Shown: positions 48,770 to 63,099, counted from the first letter of the whole stretch. The stretch is 63,616 bases of DNA, filler included, from Nemertoderma westbladi (GCA_032718475.1; 4 parts of 4 records of this genome joined end to end with filler, not necessarily neighbours in it); one strand, 5' to 3'. Numbers and translations: made by a program. Notes: generated from the sequence alone by a model not told the origin.

Positions 48770-51700
48770 GTGACATCACTGCGTCAACCACCTTTATCTA
48801 AAAGTGCCAGAGGTTATATGGGTAAGGTAACCCGGGTCACAAACCAATTTAATAAGATCCTAGACAAACCAACCTGCGACCCAACAGATCTAGGTAGGTT
48901 ATTAGACGAGTACCACCAGTTGGTGCTCACTCAGGTCAATGACCTACAGGGTTTAGTTGAAACGGCCGAAAGGGCATGTTTCTTTAAAATAGTGACTGGT
49001 CTATCTGATAAGCTACTTAAGATTCGTAGTTATTTCCTACATATTTATAGTCGATGTATTAAGAAAGGCTTACCATAGTACTTTAGAGGAAGGTGGGGAA
49101 GCAGCCAACAAGTTCGACACTCGAAGTCAACAGTCGACAGTCGAAGATCGCTTGTTGGTCTGCTTCCTCACAGGTAAGTTGGAGCGCTACCTTCATAAAA
49201 AGGGGGTAGTAATCCCTGGTCTACCTTTACCAACTAAAGAGAACCAAGCGATGGGCAGAGCAGGTGGTAGTGAACCATCCCAGGTGAGTAAAGCCCGCCA
49301 TAGCGACTCAGTTAGTTCGATATTGGTGGCTGTTTCTCAGCTACAAACTGTGACGCGACTGAGCAGCGACAGCTGTCTCGATCGGTACAGGAAGGTAAAT
49401 GACGCAAACAATTGAAGACTATCCGAGTTATTGCGAGTTGGCGGCTGCCGAGCTGCAGCAACTGACTGGTATTATTTAGAGGTTGAGTCTAGATAAGGAT
49501 GAAGTTCAAGAAGCGGCAGCTTGTGTGAAGTTGCAGCTTGAGGGCGAGAAAGAGGAACGATTCCTCACCATCGAGCGCGAGGAAGCGGAATGCAAGACTC
49601 AATGAGAGGCCGATAGCTTGGAGCGGAAAAGAGAAGAAAAGCGAGCTAAAGAAGAAGCCAACCGAATTCGCGATGAGAAATTAGCAGCGATAGCGCGTAA
49701 ACAGATCAAGATACTCAAGATGGAGACTCAAGCGAAACTACAAATGGCCGAGGAAGAGAAAAAACGTTTGGCTCAACAACAAGACATCACCAAGAAGAAA
49801 CTCGAGATGGAACAACGCAAAGGAGCTGTTAATTCTAGAACAACAAAGACAGTTGGCTGCGGCCAAATCTCAACAGAAGGCCTATGAGTTGGAGGATCGA
49901 CAGCAATGGATCGCTCAAGAACTCGAGTAGGCTCGATCACTGCTAAACAATGAAGGCGCTGACTCACTAATCAGCGGTTTGAACTACGCAGTGTTGTCAA
50001 TTGCGCGCTTCAATGTCTTTAACAATACATGGAACTGACACCATAGAGGTACATCAACAATATGTGAAATCCATCTATAGACTGGTTGCCAAGGTTTGGG
50101 TGGACCCAGCAGACTCGAGCCCTGATCAGGGATCAGCCCGAACACCTCTGTGAGCCTGAACCTAGACGCCAACTAGAACCATCCACACCTCAGGTTACAC
50201 CCTTTATCTTGAATCCCATACGACCTAGAGTAGAGTCTCGAGAAAGGTTTGTGACTAATGAAGGCAACCAAGCCGAGTGGGATGGAGCTCGAGACTGTGA
50301 GCGGTTAAATCTTATTCATACTCCAGGTAAGCCCAAGAAGGAGGTGGTGGATGAAGTCATCCATATTAAAGGTAAGGTGCAACATATCCAGTCACAAGTT
50401 CAACAGGTGCAGGGACAGGTTTAAACCATATGTGGAGACATGCACGATATGCAGCAGAAAGTTCAGCACATCCAAGGCTAAGTAGATGAGGAGTTCGACA
50501 ATGTTAGGTACAATATCCGAGAGGTCAATGACCGCGTAGAGCGAGCTCAATAGGAGAATGAAAAGGTTAGAGTGCAAGAACAACAGTACCAAAATTAGAA
50601 TTTCCTAAATTTAGACCACCACCACAGTCAGAATACCCAGTTATTAATATTCAGACAGACTCAGAATTTGAGGCTGATTATAGACCATCAGTGAGTAAGA
50701 AGGTAACCTATCACGGGACGAATTCTCGGACTCGACCACAGGTAAGTTATCCTACCCATCAGTCGTAACCGATTCCAACTTACATCCATCAATGGGTAGG
50801 AAGGGAAGACAATACTTAAGTCAACTCAATCATAGTGGAGTTTTCTAAGTTCAGTGCGAGACAATGTCTTCCACTGTTACAACATCTGCACTTCACTGGT
50901 TTATCTAAATATTGGAGAATCTTCATCAATTATATCGAGACCAATGTCGCTCAACAGGATTTCTCACCGACTGAGAAATTCAACTACTTATACCAACAGT
51001 TGAGAGGTCAACTGAAGGAATTGGTAAGTACGTTTATAGGTAATGACAATGCCTTTGAAGCAGCTTATGACAGGTTAGTTACTGTGTATGGTGGCAATGT
51101 AAAGATGGCCAGGTCAGTAATAGACAAACTAACTAAGGGAGGACCAGCACATTCTCCTATAGAATTAGTTAAGTTGGCAGACTGAATTAAATCCGCGAGG
51201 AATATATTGCCGACCTACAGCTGTGAGAGTATGGTTCTAGACCTGACATACTCAGGAGACATCATGAAGATATTGAGTATGCATCACAGACGTAAGGTAA
51301 GATTCCAAGAGAAACAGGTAGAGGCTAGAGGAGAGCTACTGTCTATTAGACATATCTATGAGGTTATCTCCAAGGAGGGAGAAGCTGATTTGAGATCCAA
51401 ATATTCCAACAAGAATTTGGGAGTCGTGGAACCTAAGTATTCAGGTAAGTCTAGGACACTAAATATTTCCACAAACCAATATAGCACATACAATAGTATG
51501 TCTGGGACCAAACCAACAAATCCTAGTAATGTGTGTAAATAACTGTATGTGTGTAAGGTGGCGGCACCTATCGTGGTAAAAATCCCGATGCAAAGGTTAC
51601 CCCAAGACTTTGAGCGCTGTCAGTATTGTCAGCAGTGGTCACAGAAGTCTAGCGACCACAGACTGGTAGGTTGAAACCTATTTACCAAACTAGACGTAGA

Positions 51701-54700
51701 GAAACGACGTCTAGCTATTAGATCACTAGACACTTGTTGGAAGTGTCAACCCAGACATAAAAGACGTGAGTGCACCACTGCAGCTGCATCCAAAGGATGC
51801 TCCGACTGTGGTATGCTGCACCACAGAATGCTGCATACTATGCAGCATACACTGACTCAATGGTATAAGACTGATCTGATCACCCACAGACAGTGACTAG
51901 ACGGACTTTTACCAACCAGAGAAATGTTACGTTTGCTCAGACAGTAGACACTGATGACGAACTCTATACACGAACTCTACGCAGATACTTACAAATCAGG
52001 GGCTGATTCAGACGCTGACCCACACGCAGTCCGCAGCCTTCAGTCTAGTACCTATTAAGATAGGGAAGGGACAGAGGTTGAAGAGGATTTGTTGCCTTAT
52101 CGACTCTTCATCAAACCAACTATAAGTTATGTCGATGAGGATGTCGCTAGCACTATCATTGACATGGAACACATAGAGACCCATATGATGGATGTGGGAT
52201 CTTTGCATGATTGAAGCGATATACACCCATAAAGTAGGTCAAATTAACTCTAGATTCTCTACTGCCCAGGAAACAACATACCAGATCTGAATGGCAGCTA
52301 TTATCCATGACTAACATGAAATTCGCAGCAGTGAAGGACTTTGCACAACTATTGGGTCCAGTTCAAGTGTCATCCTCCAAAGAGAAACATTATTATAAAC
52401 AACATAATATACCCGAAACTAGAGTAGACTATCGTAGTGTCGCTATGATAATCAAAATGGATTTATTCAACGTGCATTGTAAGCGGATTCAATTCCGCCG
52501 CATTACTCTCATAAAATGGGAAGTGGCATTTTCAGCAATATGTCGGAGATACGAGATTAGCAGTAACTAATCTCATATCACAACCTATATCGGGGACAGT
52601 ACAAACCCCAAAGCCATGAACAAAGGGAGGTTAGAGGTCAAACCACCTCAGAAGGGGAGACAGCTAGCAGGGGCTAGCAACAGGGGGGGGGAAACACTCC
52701 CAGAGAGAGAAAGGCGTGAAGTAGGTTATTAGCCAATAAGGGCGAAGGAGAGCATCCACTAGGTAAGAGGCCACAGTAATGTAGAAGTGATCACACATAT
52801 GATCTATGCATATTGGTATATCATTCAGTTACTCAGATTGTCAGTTTTAGTGCAGACCGGTAACATTCTTCACCGTCACCAATATCAGTACAGCATACCG
52901 GTATCCATAAAATCTGTACTTCCGCTTTTATTGTACTATAATTATCAACATTTAGAATATCAAGAGACAACATCGAACTCTCATTATTTTACTACATCGG
53001 CCTCGGCCTAGCTGCTAGCACTACCCCTAAAGCAAAACCGGTGACGCGTAGTATATTTATCCGGTCGGGATCCCTTGATCCCATCACATGCATCGAGTCT
53101 GGGAGACTAAACCCAACAACTGGTCGCCCAATCAACCTTATTCCAGCAGGACGGCATTGGGTTGGTATACTCGATTCCCTTTAGGTTTGATGTCTCGGGC
53201 GGACGGTAATACTGATAAGAATAATTGTGTACAACCTTATTCGAACTGTAACAAATGAACAGACTGGAAGGTGGACGAGGATGACGATACATTCTCTTTA
53301 AACATCACATTGATCAAAAGGGACATCGAAACTAATGCAGGAAACGGGACGGAACGGTCAGTCCCTCACAGAAAGGGTTTAGACCGGGGTCTAAACCACA
53401 CCACACTATTGGACGATGAGGAGACTTCGGACGAGGAGTTCACAGGAGACTGTGGAGACGATCTGGTGGAAATCCCAGAGACTATGTTTGACCCGGACGA
53501 GCGTAGCAATGATCAAGACAAGTTAACGTTGTTCTGTAATGGAATGAAATGTACAACCAAACAGCAGATATTAGATATTATTAAGGATCCAAATGCATTG
53601 GAAGAAGAGAAGTCTATCACCCGGGAACAGATCGCCGATGAACAGGACTTAAATGAGAAAATGTAACTATGGTTAAAACATGACGCAGCAGAACCAAACA
53701 GCCGCGATGTATCATTATCAGCCAACAAATTACGAGTTCTGGAAATAATGGAGTGAACAACGTGGCAACTGGAAAACGGTCATTACAAGATTGGAATGTT
53801 ATGGCGGCAGGAACCACCAGTTCTGAGGGACAAAAGCTTACTAGCCTTAAAGAGACTCAAGGCAATTATGGTAAGGTTGCTAAGGGACGACAACCAAATG
53901 AACATAAGAAAATGAAAAAATTGATTTGATGTACGGATGGATAATCCAGAACTAGTTAGTCCACAAACAAACTATTTGCCACATCATGTGGTACACCCCG
54001 ACAAACCATGGAGAGTAAGAGTCTATGCAACTGTAGATAATTGTTTGAAGGATGATACTTAAACAGTGCGCTTATGGATGGCCCTAATTTGAACAATAAC
54101 TTGATCGGGATACTCATGCGATTCCGACAAATGGGTGTAGCCTTCACATGTGATGTGGAAGCTATATTCCACCAATTGTACGCAGTCGAAAGTGACCAGG
54201 ACAGTTTGAGGTTCTTGTGGTACACCAAAGAAGACCTATCTGACCAACCAGTAGTCTATAAGGTGACGAGACGGATATTCGGAGGTAGATACAGTCTGAA
54301 CTGCATGCTACATATAAAACATTGAAACAGACGGCAATAGACCAAAAGATGCACTATGACAACAGTGTGCTTGAGATGTCCAGATAGATTTCTATATGGA
54401 CGACAGTCTTAAGAGCGTTGACACAGTAGAGGATGCAATAACACTCGCGCATCCTCTACAGAGTTGCCTCGCAACGGGGAGTTTCCCCTCAACCAATTTC
54501 GTGTCAAACTCTCATGAGTTCATAAATTCATTTCCCGTTCAAGATCGCGGGACTGGAAGTATTGAGTTGGGAGTAAAACAGATTTCCACAGCCAGGGTAT
54601 TAGGTCTGGCTTGGAACCCCAATGAAGATACCTTCCAGGTTAGAGTAAAATCTCATTAAAGAGTCACTGACTAAGAGGATCTGCTTATCAGTAATGAGCA

Positions 54701-57287
54701 GATTATTTCATCCCTTAAATTTTATCAGTCCAGTGATTCTGCAAGCGCGCAGATACTTGTGTGATATATGGGTTGATGGTACAGACAGGGACAAGACAAT
54801 CTCGAATAAAATTGCCAAAAGGAGATAGGAGAATTGCCGGACTGGAGAAATTGGGAAACCGAGTTGCCGGCTTTGACAACTCTGCACATTCCCAGAGTGT
54901 ACTTCGCCAGCCAATCGGTAAATCATAGTGTTAATGTATACTAATGTGGATAAGGTGCAATTTAAAACCTATATTGCCAACCGCAAAGTGGAGATACTAA
55001 ATTCTTCTGAGAAGGCGGACTGGACATTGCCCAGGTGAGAACAAGCCAGCTGACGTTGCACCGAGAGGGTTGATGCCAGCTTAATTCTGCGCTGCAGATA
55101 ACTTAGACTTCTGGCTACATGGTCTGGATTTTCTAAAGGAGTCCAGGGAGCACTGGCTGGTTATCTTCAACTGCGATGTCGGGAGTCTACCTAAGGAAGC
55201 AGAGGTCAAAGTGGAGAAAGTCCTATTAAGGTAAGGAAAGTTAGAAAGAGAGCTATGCCCAATCCTAAAGACGGAGAACAGCGTATTAAGGAGTTGGGGC
55301 GGAGATTGATGGAGGACAGGGAGGTTAATGTCAACCAAGACAGACAGTCAGATAAACCGTCGGATTTTCAGAACGGCAGGGTCAAGACTGAGATTTCAAC
55401 CAGGTCGGGATGGCAAGTCACCTGACATTAGTAATCCTCCACAGCTCAAAGGATACCAATCCTGAAACAACACCACAGGTTAGACAAATAGAGTCAATAG
55501 ACTCAACTAATCAAGTCAAATTAGAGGAGGACTTGGTGGAGGAAATACCACCAAGGCCACCTGATATTAAACAGGTGGATAAACATCCAACAGTTATATC
55601 AGATGTTAAAATTCCTTGTACCGCAGAGTCCACATTGATCCAAAGGGAGTGGGTTTATGATCATTTAGTGAAACTCAACCCTTCGTGGGAAGAGATTTGC
55701 CGCAAAGTTGCATGGATCAGGCGGTGTGGGAATATTCTCAAAACTCGCCATAAACCCCTCGGCGAGCGAGTGACATTAACAAAAGGGTTATCTCCAGAGG
55801 AGATACAACATTGCGTAAAAACCCGTCACAATCCCTGGACGAGTTAGCAAAAAATGTAAAAGGGTTATCTCCAGCGGAGATACAGAAAATAAAGGGACCT
55901 CGTCACAAATCCCTGAACGAGAAAACTTCCAAAATTGTAGGGTTATCTCTAGGTGAGATACAACAATCCCAATGCCTGATAATAAAACATTATTAGGAAC
56001 AACACTTTTCCAAAGAAATTTCATCTTTGGAAAGGAACCTGATCAATACTTTGACAAACTCTACGCTTATCAGGTGGAGCCCAATCCTGAACGAAGGACT
56101 AGTCTGCCATAAGACATAAGCCATAAGACTGGTTACATATTTCCCATTATTATTCCTTCAGAGTTAGAGTTACAACGATCAATTATCCTGGGCGTACTCA
56201 TAAAGTTGAAGCATGCTGGTCGGTCACAATGTTTGGTAGAAATCAGAAATAACTTGCAAGAAAGTACAACGGAGAGTAATACAGCAGCAAATGAATAATC
56301 TTCCTCTGGAGCGAGTTGAGGCATTCCAGCCTCCGTTTACCAATACAGGATTGGATTGTTTCGGACCCATTGAGGTAAATCAAGCGCGATCCTACGTGAA
56401 GCGGTGGGGTCTAATCTTTATATGCATGGCCAACCGTGCGGTGCATATAGAGAGACTGACTCAGATGTCAACTGATGCATTTCTGATGGCATTAATCCGG
56501 TTCATGGTGAGATGCGGCCTAGTGAAAGCAATTTATTCGACGTAGGAACCTATTTCATTGGAGCCAACAATGAATTGGAAAGTGCTTTCTCCTCAATAGA
56601 CATGGACAAAGTCCTGACCAATCTAGTGATTCGAAATGTTGATTGGCATTTCAACACGGCTGAAAGTCCGTGGTGAGGTGGGATCTGGGAGAGAATCATT
56701 CGCTCCATAAAACTCACTCTGTACAAGACTTTCCCCATACATCGAAGCATTAGTGACGACCAATTGGTGACGATGTTCGTCGAAATTGAGCACACGCTCA
56801 ACTCTCGACCATTGACCATCGTAAAAGACAACGACGAACTGTTGGCGCTAATGCCAAATCATTAATTAATGCAGACAGCGACAGCCTTGGTACCTGCTTC
56901 AGTACCAACAACAAGTGACTTGTACAGCAAGAAGAGCTGGAGGGTCATTCAGTTGCTCGCAGAGTCATTCTGGGACACTGGGTGAAACACTACCTCCCTA
57001 CTCTTTCTGCTAGAACCAAGTGGTATTGGTCAAATAAAAACCTGAAACGAGGTGACATGGTACTCGTTGCTGACGAAGAACTTAGATGTCGTCATTGTTT
57101 GACTGGTGTAATTGTCAACGTACACCCAGCCATAGACAGGGTCTTTAGAACAGTGTCCGTTAAAACAACCAAAAACAACCTACTTACGAGACCTGTCCAA
57201 CAATTAGTCCTGCTGGAAGAATCTCGTCAGGGTCAGGAGTGTCGACATGACGAAGTAGTACCGAAAAATCTGGGGGGGGGGGGGGGG
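48770..57287 (+). pseudogene. Degraded near-full-length BEL/Pao gag-pol (gag, PR, RT, IN)
   Basis: Gag EKFNYLYQQLRG..YG, knuckles CWKC..H..C and CSDCGMLHHRMLH, protease LIDSSS, RT DGPNLNNNLIGILMRFRQ..LRFLW and YMDD, IN PPFTNTGLDCFGP..KRWGLIFIC..RAVHIE, tail YLPTL..RTKW..VLLEES, and a G-run PPT at 57272-57287. Confidence 0.9.
52478..53088 (+). mobile_element. Solo LTR (611 bp) inserted in the BEL pol region
   Basis: TGTAAGCGGATTCAATTCCGC...GATCCCATCACA with a perfect TSD TGCAT (52473-52477, 53089-53093). Confidence 0.92.
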
Positions 57288-57526
57288 TCCGTATCATCAG
57301 AAAATGACACTATATTACGGGACATGGCGTATAAAGCAACAAAAACATATTTTTATTTTGGGACCCTTGCCTATACTGTACATCATTATAGTATAAAAAC
57401 TTGTAATACAATGCATCAAAAACATTTACTGAAAATGTTCAAACGGGCGGAACTGTAGCCTATTTTATATATTACTAATAAACAAGTCACGCAGAAAAGC
57501 TGTGGTACTAATAAGATATAGTATAC

Positions 57527-57626
57527 NNNNNNNNNNNNNNNNNNNNNNNNNNNNNNNNNNNNNNNNNNNNTTAATTAATTAANNNNNNNNNNNNNNNNNN
57601 NNNNNNNNNNNNNNNNNNNNNNNNNN
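57527..57626. other. Assembly gap with six-frame stop linker
   Basis: 100-bp N spacer containing TTAATTAATTAA. Confidence 0.97.
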
Positions 57627-58351
57627 GAGAACACCGTATCTACTCTAGTTCTCGAGATAGTACTGTAGAAAGGCCGTAAGTCACAACATATGTATAGTGT
57701 TATGGTAAAAGACCGTAAGTCAATTAACTTTATGCAAAAAACCGCAAGTCAACAAGACTTGCGGTGTTTTGTCATTGCATAGATAATAAGAAAACGCACA
57801 TACGGTTTTATTGAAATTTATGGTTTACTCGAAATGACTTTTTGTGACTTGTGGTCTTTTTACATTGCACGGCAGAACTTTGCATACACAACTAAGTCCG
57901 ATAATGAACTTATCAATCATCAAAATTTCATCCAATTCCATCAACATTAAAAGTTGTGAGTACAAACCTTAGCGTACTCAATGCAAGCGTGCAGCCTTCA
58001 TAATTTATGGAGGCTGGATTATAACCGGTAGTGTACTGTGTGTGTGCGTGCGTGTCTCCCGCATGGGGAGAGTTCTATAAATTTTCATTTGTGGCAATTT
58101 GGTTAACGGACGTAATTGAAGCCTCCTCATTTTAAGCAAGATACTAAATTTTATAGTAGCTAGTGTTTTACATAGGTTTAGCTAGTAATTTCAACACTGG
58201 TTCCGATATCCTACTTCCTTCTATAAATATTTTATAGTACCTACAGTAGTTCGTATTTGATTTCTATTTCTATAGAAAATGTTCCAGAACATGTTAGCTA
58301 TTCATTTTTAAAAAAATTTTGTTCTAGAACAAATATTTTTTGTTCTAGAAC

Positions 58352-58530
58352 ATTTTTTAGAAAAAAATCTGGATTCGATTTAAAACGCATGGAATCGTTC
58401 CGTTCTAAAACGTGTTTAAGATAAATAAAAAATATAATTGTGAAAAAATGAAATCTTTTTATTGATTTCAAACACGTTTTAGAACGATTTCATGCGTTTT
58501 AAATCGAATTCAGATTTTTTCTAAAAAATT
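58352..58530. repeat. Long imperfect palindrome (MITE-like)
   Basis: TTTTTAGAAAAAAATCTGGATTCGATTTAAAACGCATG pairs with CATGCGTTTTAAATCGAATTCAGATTTTTTCTAAAAA. Confidence 0.75.
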
Positions 58531-59217
58531 TACAACTTTACTGTACAACTGAAAAATGTGATACCCAGCGCAAATTAACCATAAGGGAACAAAATCTTGT
58601 TTATTGTTTTGGGTAGAAAACACCGCAATTCATGTTTAAAATTGAATTAAATAAATTTTTTAAACCATCTTAACACATAGTTTGTGTTTGCGGTCACTTT
58701 ACGCCATTGACTCAAGAAATCGCATCCGCTTTTCTGACTGTCGGTCGTAAGCGATTATAATTATCTATAAAGAAAGATTTAATATCGTCTAAAATCTGCT
58801 TGTTGTACAACTCATAATCAGAAATTACTCAAAAGTGAATTGTATACGTTATTGTAGATATATATATATATTTTTTAATGTCTACAAAGGCATTTGGCTG
58901 TAGAATTAAATTGATACTGTAATTAATAACATTGTTTACCGCTAGGGGTGTAAGTTAAATTTATAAGAACTATATACAGTACAATTTTCTTGTAATTGTT
59001 TATTTTGGGCCATTATGCCTAGATTGGGCCATATTTCTGTATTTGCCCTAAGAGGACGTGTACCTTTTGGGCCTTCGTAGTAGGAATAGGGCCATCGATC
59101 CAAACCCAAGACCATTTAAGGGCAATTGGACCTTTAAAAGGTGGCCCTAATAGTGGGAAAGCTTATATATTTACCAGTATAATACCGGTACGGGGTACGG
59201 AATCCAAATAACGTAAA

Positions 59218-59472
59218 GAGACAGGGGGGGGGGGGGGGGGGGGAGTCTGGACGCAAAACCCGCCATGGCGAATTAATTTCTCGCCTCAATGTTAAATTCT
59301 CAATTTAGGGAAAGGAGCTGGTTACAGTGGCACTTATTTTAACCAAAACAATAAACTAAGCACAATAGAACAGGTTACAGTTTTATTTTTGAGAGTAATC
59401 AGCTGTTATTTGCGTCGAATTTCCCCTGGAGAGGGATGAATTTTTATTGCGTCCAGTTTCCACCCCTATCTG
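59218..59472 (-). mobile_element. G/C-run MITE, copy 5, with perfect 8-bp TSD
   Basis: GAGACAGGGG...CCCCTATCTG, flanked by AACGTAAA at 59210-59217 and 59473-59480. Confidence 0.88.
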
Positions 59473-60906
59473 AACGTAAATTAAATATATAAATTTGAAC
59501 GACTAGAAACGAAGTAAATTAATTATAAATTAAAGTACCGGTAGTACTAATAACGAACCTGTCTTTAGACTGGGTAGTTTTTGTCTAAAGCTGAGGCCGG
59601 CAAAAACACGATGGATATATTTACCTATATATTTACCTATATCACTATATATGTCACTATGTATGTTCACCAAATGGCTTGAAACCACTTGCATGCATTG
59701 TAAAATTGTAAACGCAAGTATTTATCAATTGTTGTCTAGTTGTTGAATAAAAAAGTTGGGAACGATTCGAAGTGCGATATTCGAAATATTTGCATATTTT
59801 CAACATTATTGAACGCGAAATTAAATACCCACAACTCCCTTGCTTGAAATGTTTTTCAGGTGATTGATATTTAGCAATTATTATGAGGTTACTTACTACT
59901 GAAATCTGACAGAATGCCAAACGTATTATTATAGTTCTATCTCTATTCAGCCAGTTAGTGTAATGTCAAGCAGTACATCATTTATATATCGTATGTATCT
60001 ATAGGGCCTAATTGTCATCGTTATAATACTGTCATCAACTTAGGCTAGGCTCAATTGTAATGCAAAGGCTTAGTAGGTTTTGTATATCTGGGACGTTTAC
60101 AACAGCTGTCGATTAAACTAACAAAACCATAAAACTGAACCAGGGTGGCTGCCAGCCGGGTACCAACGGCTGTTGGGTAGACTTAAGGGAACATTTCACA
60201 AACTTTCATAGGATGCTTGTACATGTACATTATATTGGTTGCTCCGATGTTTTTATTAGGCTAACTGAGAATGTATCAGGTATAAATACTGTAATTATAG
60301 TGTTCTTTATTTTATTTATCTAATACAGAAAAGACCCCTCCGCAGAATAAACTGCTCTTTTGGGCCGTTTCTCAGGTTGTGGATATGGATACCATTTCAG
60401 ACATCATCGTAGTAATTGTGATTATGATTTGTTTGCCTAGGCGAATGTGTATTACATTAGATGGGAGGCAGTTTTTTGGTTGATGCAAGTCATTCTTGGT
60501 TTGCATCTTCCAATCCCATCTGTTTCTTGGAGTCTGTGTAAGACAGGTTCGTTTAAAGCCATCTTGATGGCGTTCTAGTGTATACTATATGTATATAGTA
60601 GGCCTACGCCTTGTTCACAACATAAACTATACTACAGTACTACTATACTACAGTTATCATATCTGTTAATTTTTGTGTTTAGTTTATTTATTTACTACTA
60701 CTTTGCAATACAATACAACTAGGACTGTAGGTTATATGATGGATGATTGATGTGAATGTGAACTAATCAGTTCTGCCTTTCTGCCGTTAGCTGGTTAGGT
60801 ACGTACTGTTTTATTATAATCCAGTAATCCATAATATGTCTGTATGTTACCTGGATATCAGGATATGAATAACATAATAATGTAATTAGTAGTAAGGGTC
60901 TACCTA

Positions 60907-63099
60907 ATGGATGTTGTCAATGACATGGATGATAAATTGAGGTTGGAGGTGGATCATCTGAAAGAGGAACTTCGAGAGACTAGTAACGAGAAAGTCCAAG
61001 CAGCGCAGTATGGTTTAGCGGTACTGGAAGAGAAACAACAATTACAACAGCAGTACATGGAGTTGGAGACGGTATGCGATGTACTGAGGCGGGAGCTGGA
61101 ATGCGTGAAGCAGTCGCTGAACCTCAAACGACAGAGCGAGAGAGAGAACGAGGAATACGGGGTTAATCGGGAGGAGTTACTATTAGAGGAGACGGAGGAA
61201 CTGAAAGCAAACTATTCGGTTAGAATCCAACAACTCGAAAACGAACTGCGACTCAACCAGGAGTTCAGCGAGCACATTAAGAAGGAGAACGAAGCCTTAA
61301 AGGTATCAAATACCTATTCGTTGCAGCAATCCGAGGCAATTTCCTGTGACCAGCAAACCGCGAAAGACGATCTCCGTTGCTCGAAACTCCGGGAAACAAA
61401 GTTACTCCAGGAATACAATGAACTCGAGGACGAAAACATCTCCCTCCAGAAGCAGGTCTCCTTCCTAAAGTCGACGCAGGTCGAATACGAGAGCGTCAAA
61501 CACGAATCGAGGCGTCTGGCCGAGGAGGTCTTCTATCTGCAGCAGCAGTTGGAGAATGCGAAGCAGCTGAGGGAAGTGAGTCGGAAGCAGTTGGACGAGA
61601 CGATGGAGTTGCTGGAAACGGAACGGGTCCGTCGACACGCGGTGCAACGGGAGTTGGACCGGAGCCAGTCGGTGGTCGGTCGCCTCGACATCGAGTGCGA
61701 AACGACCGGTGATTGGACGGAGTTCTCCTCCCCGGAAGCCAATCACATCGACGTATCAACGGGTTCGCTTAAACAGCCCGTCGTAAAGAATCTCCTGCAG
61801 GAGTTGCACAACTCCGAGATCGTTAATCTGGAGAACGAGTTGGGCGATTTGGTACTCCGGAGGAAGCAGCAAGGGGGTCCCGAGTTCGACCCCGTGTCGG
61901 AGCCGCAGACCCCTGACGATGTTAACGAGCTCAATATTCTGAGGAAGTTAGTTGAGCATCTCCGTCGACGTCCGTCGTCGGTGGACGAGCGTAGCGAGGC
62001 GACGAGTTTGTCGCCGAGTCGAGACGGAGGTGGGGACCGCACAGGGGCGCAACTGAGTGCGATGGAGCGACAACTGGCGACGGCGTTGGCGCGGGTCGAT
62101 GCGGTGACGTGCCGCGAGGAGGCATACCGTCGGGACAGTCAGGGGTTGAGACAGTTGGTGGGGGAGCTGAGCGAGCACTGTAAGTGCACACAGGACGAGT
62201 TGGTGGGGGTCGTGGAGGATATCAACCAGTTGTACCAGCACATCTGCGCGGTTACGGGGGAGCGGCCGCATAAAGCGATGCTGAAACTGGTGAGGGATAG
62301 TGTGGGGGTGCGGGGCGGGGGGTTCAGTCCCAGGGGGGCGGGGGATGTAGGCGGGAGGGGGGAGGGGACAGTGGGTACCGAGGGTGCTGCGCCCGGCGGC
62401 ACCGAGGGTACCGCGTCCGTGGGCAACCCAATCGACACACCCCCACCGCTCCCCTCTTCCTTCACTCCAGACCCCACCGCCGCCTTCCATCTTCTCTCCG
62501 TAATTCGCAGCGAATTGAAACACCTCCGCCAGGCGGTCACAGTATCCATGGCGATATCCAATCAAGACTCTCTGCGGGACTCCGACCTCGAACAGCTGCA
62601 CATCACCATAGCGAAGTTAAAGACGATGCTGTCCTCGAAACGCCAACAGATATCCACCCTGAGGGCCGTTCTCAAGTCCAATAAAACCACCGCGGATATA
62701 ACGCTGGCCAACCTAAAGGCCAAGTTCGACAGCGAGAAGTCCCTCGTCGCCGACACTCTGGTGAAACTCCGGGGCGAGTTGAAGGCCCTCCAGATGGACG
62801 CGAACACATTCTCCTCGATGAGATCCATGTTCGCGTCCCGTTGCGATGATTACGTCACGCAGATCGAGTCGTTGCAACTGGAGTTGCGAGCCGCCAGCGA
62901 TGAACGAACCACGTTGAACAATCTATTGAGACTCGCGATTCAGCAGAAGTTGCAGTTGACTCAACATCTAGAAGAGTTGGAGATGTTGGGGTTGAGTCGA
63001 CCCTCTACCAACTCTTCTAGGTCGTCCTACTCCAAGCGAAGTCCCAGAGATGGCGGGACACGAGGAGCGAAGAAGTCTCCAGTTAATATGTGTACATAA
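60907..63099 (+). CDS. BicD: Protein Bicaudal D homolog (dynein adaptor), single exon
   Basis: N-terminal EKVQAAQYGLAVLEEK (CC1 box), EYNELEDENISLQKQVS.LKSTQVEYE, and C-terminal LSSKRQQISTLRAVLKSNK..TFSSMRSMFASRCDDYVTQ..LLRLAIQQKL. Confidence 0.96.
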   Translation: MDVVNDMDDKLRLEVDHLKEELRETSNEKVQAAQYGLAVLEEKQQLQQQYMELETVCDVLRRELECVKQSLNLKRQSERENEEYGVNREELLLEETEELKANYSVRIQQLENELRLNQEFSEHIKKENEALKVSNTYSLQQSEAISCDQQTAKDDLRCSKLRETKLLQEYNELEDENISLQKQVSFLKSTQVEYESVKHESRRLAEEVFYLQQQLENAKQLREVSRKQLDETMELLETERVRRHAVQRELDRSQSVVGRLDIECETTGDWTEFSSPEANHIDVSTGSLKQPVVKNLLQELHNSEIVNLENELGDLVLRRKQQGGPEFDPVSEPQTPDDVNELNILRKLVEHLRRRPSSVDERSEATSLSPSRDGGGDRTGAQLSAMERQLATALARVDAVTCREEAYRRDSQGLRQLVGELSEHCKCTQDELVGVVEDINQLYQHICAVTGERPHKAMLKLVRDSVGVRGGGFSPRGAGDVGGRGEGTVGTEGAAPGGTEGTASVGNPIDTPPPLPSSFTPDPTAAFHLLSVIRSELKHLRQAVTVSMAISNQDSLRDSDLEQLHITIAKLKTMLSSKRQQISTLRAVLKSNKTTADITLANLKAKFDSEKSLVADTLVKLRGELKALQMDANTFSSMRSMFASRCDDYVTQIESLQLELRAASDERTTLNNLLRLAIQQKLQLTQHLEELEMLGLSRPSTNSSRSSYSKRSPRDGGTRGAKKSPVNMCT

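Noticed and set aside
60907-63099. Functional link between BicD and the TE exonuclease (analogy to Egalitarian, a BicD partner with an exonuclease-like domain)
   Set aside because: The two lie more than 40 kb apart on different contigs, and eukaryotic proximity is not evidence. I cannot assign the cargo to the Egl subfamily.
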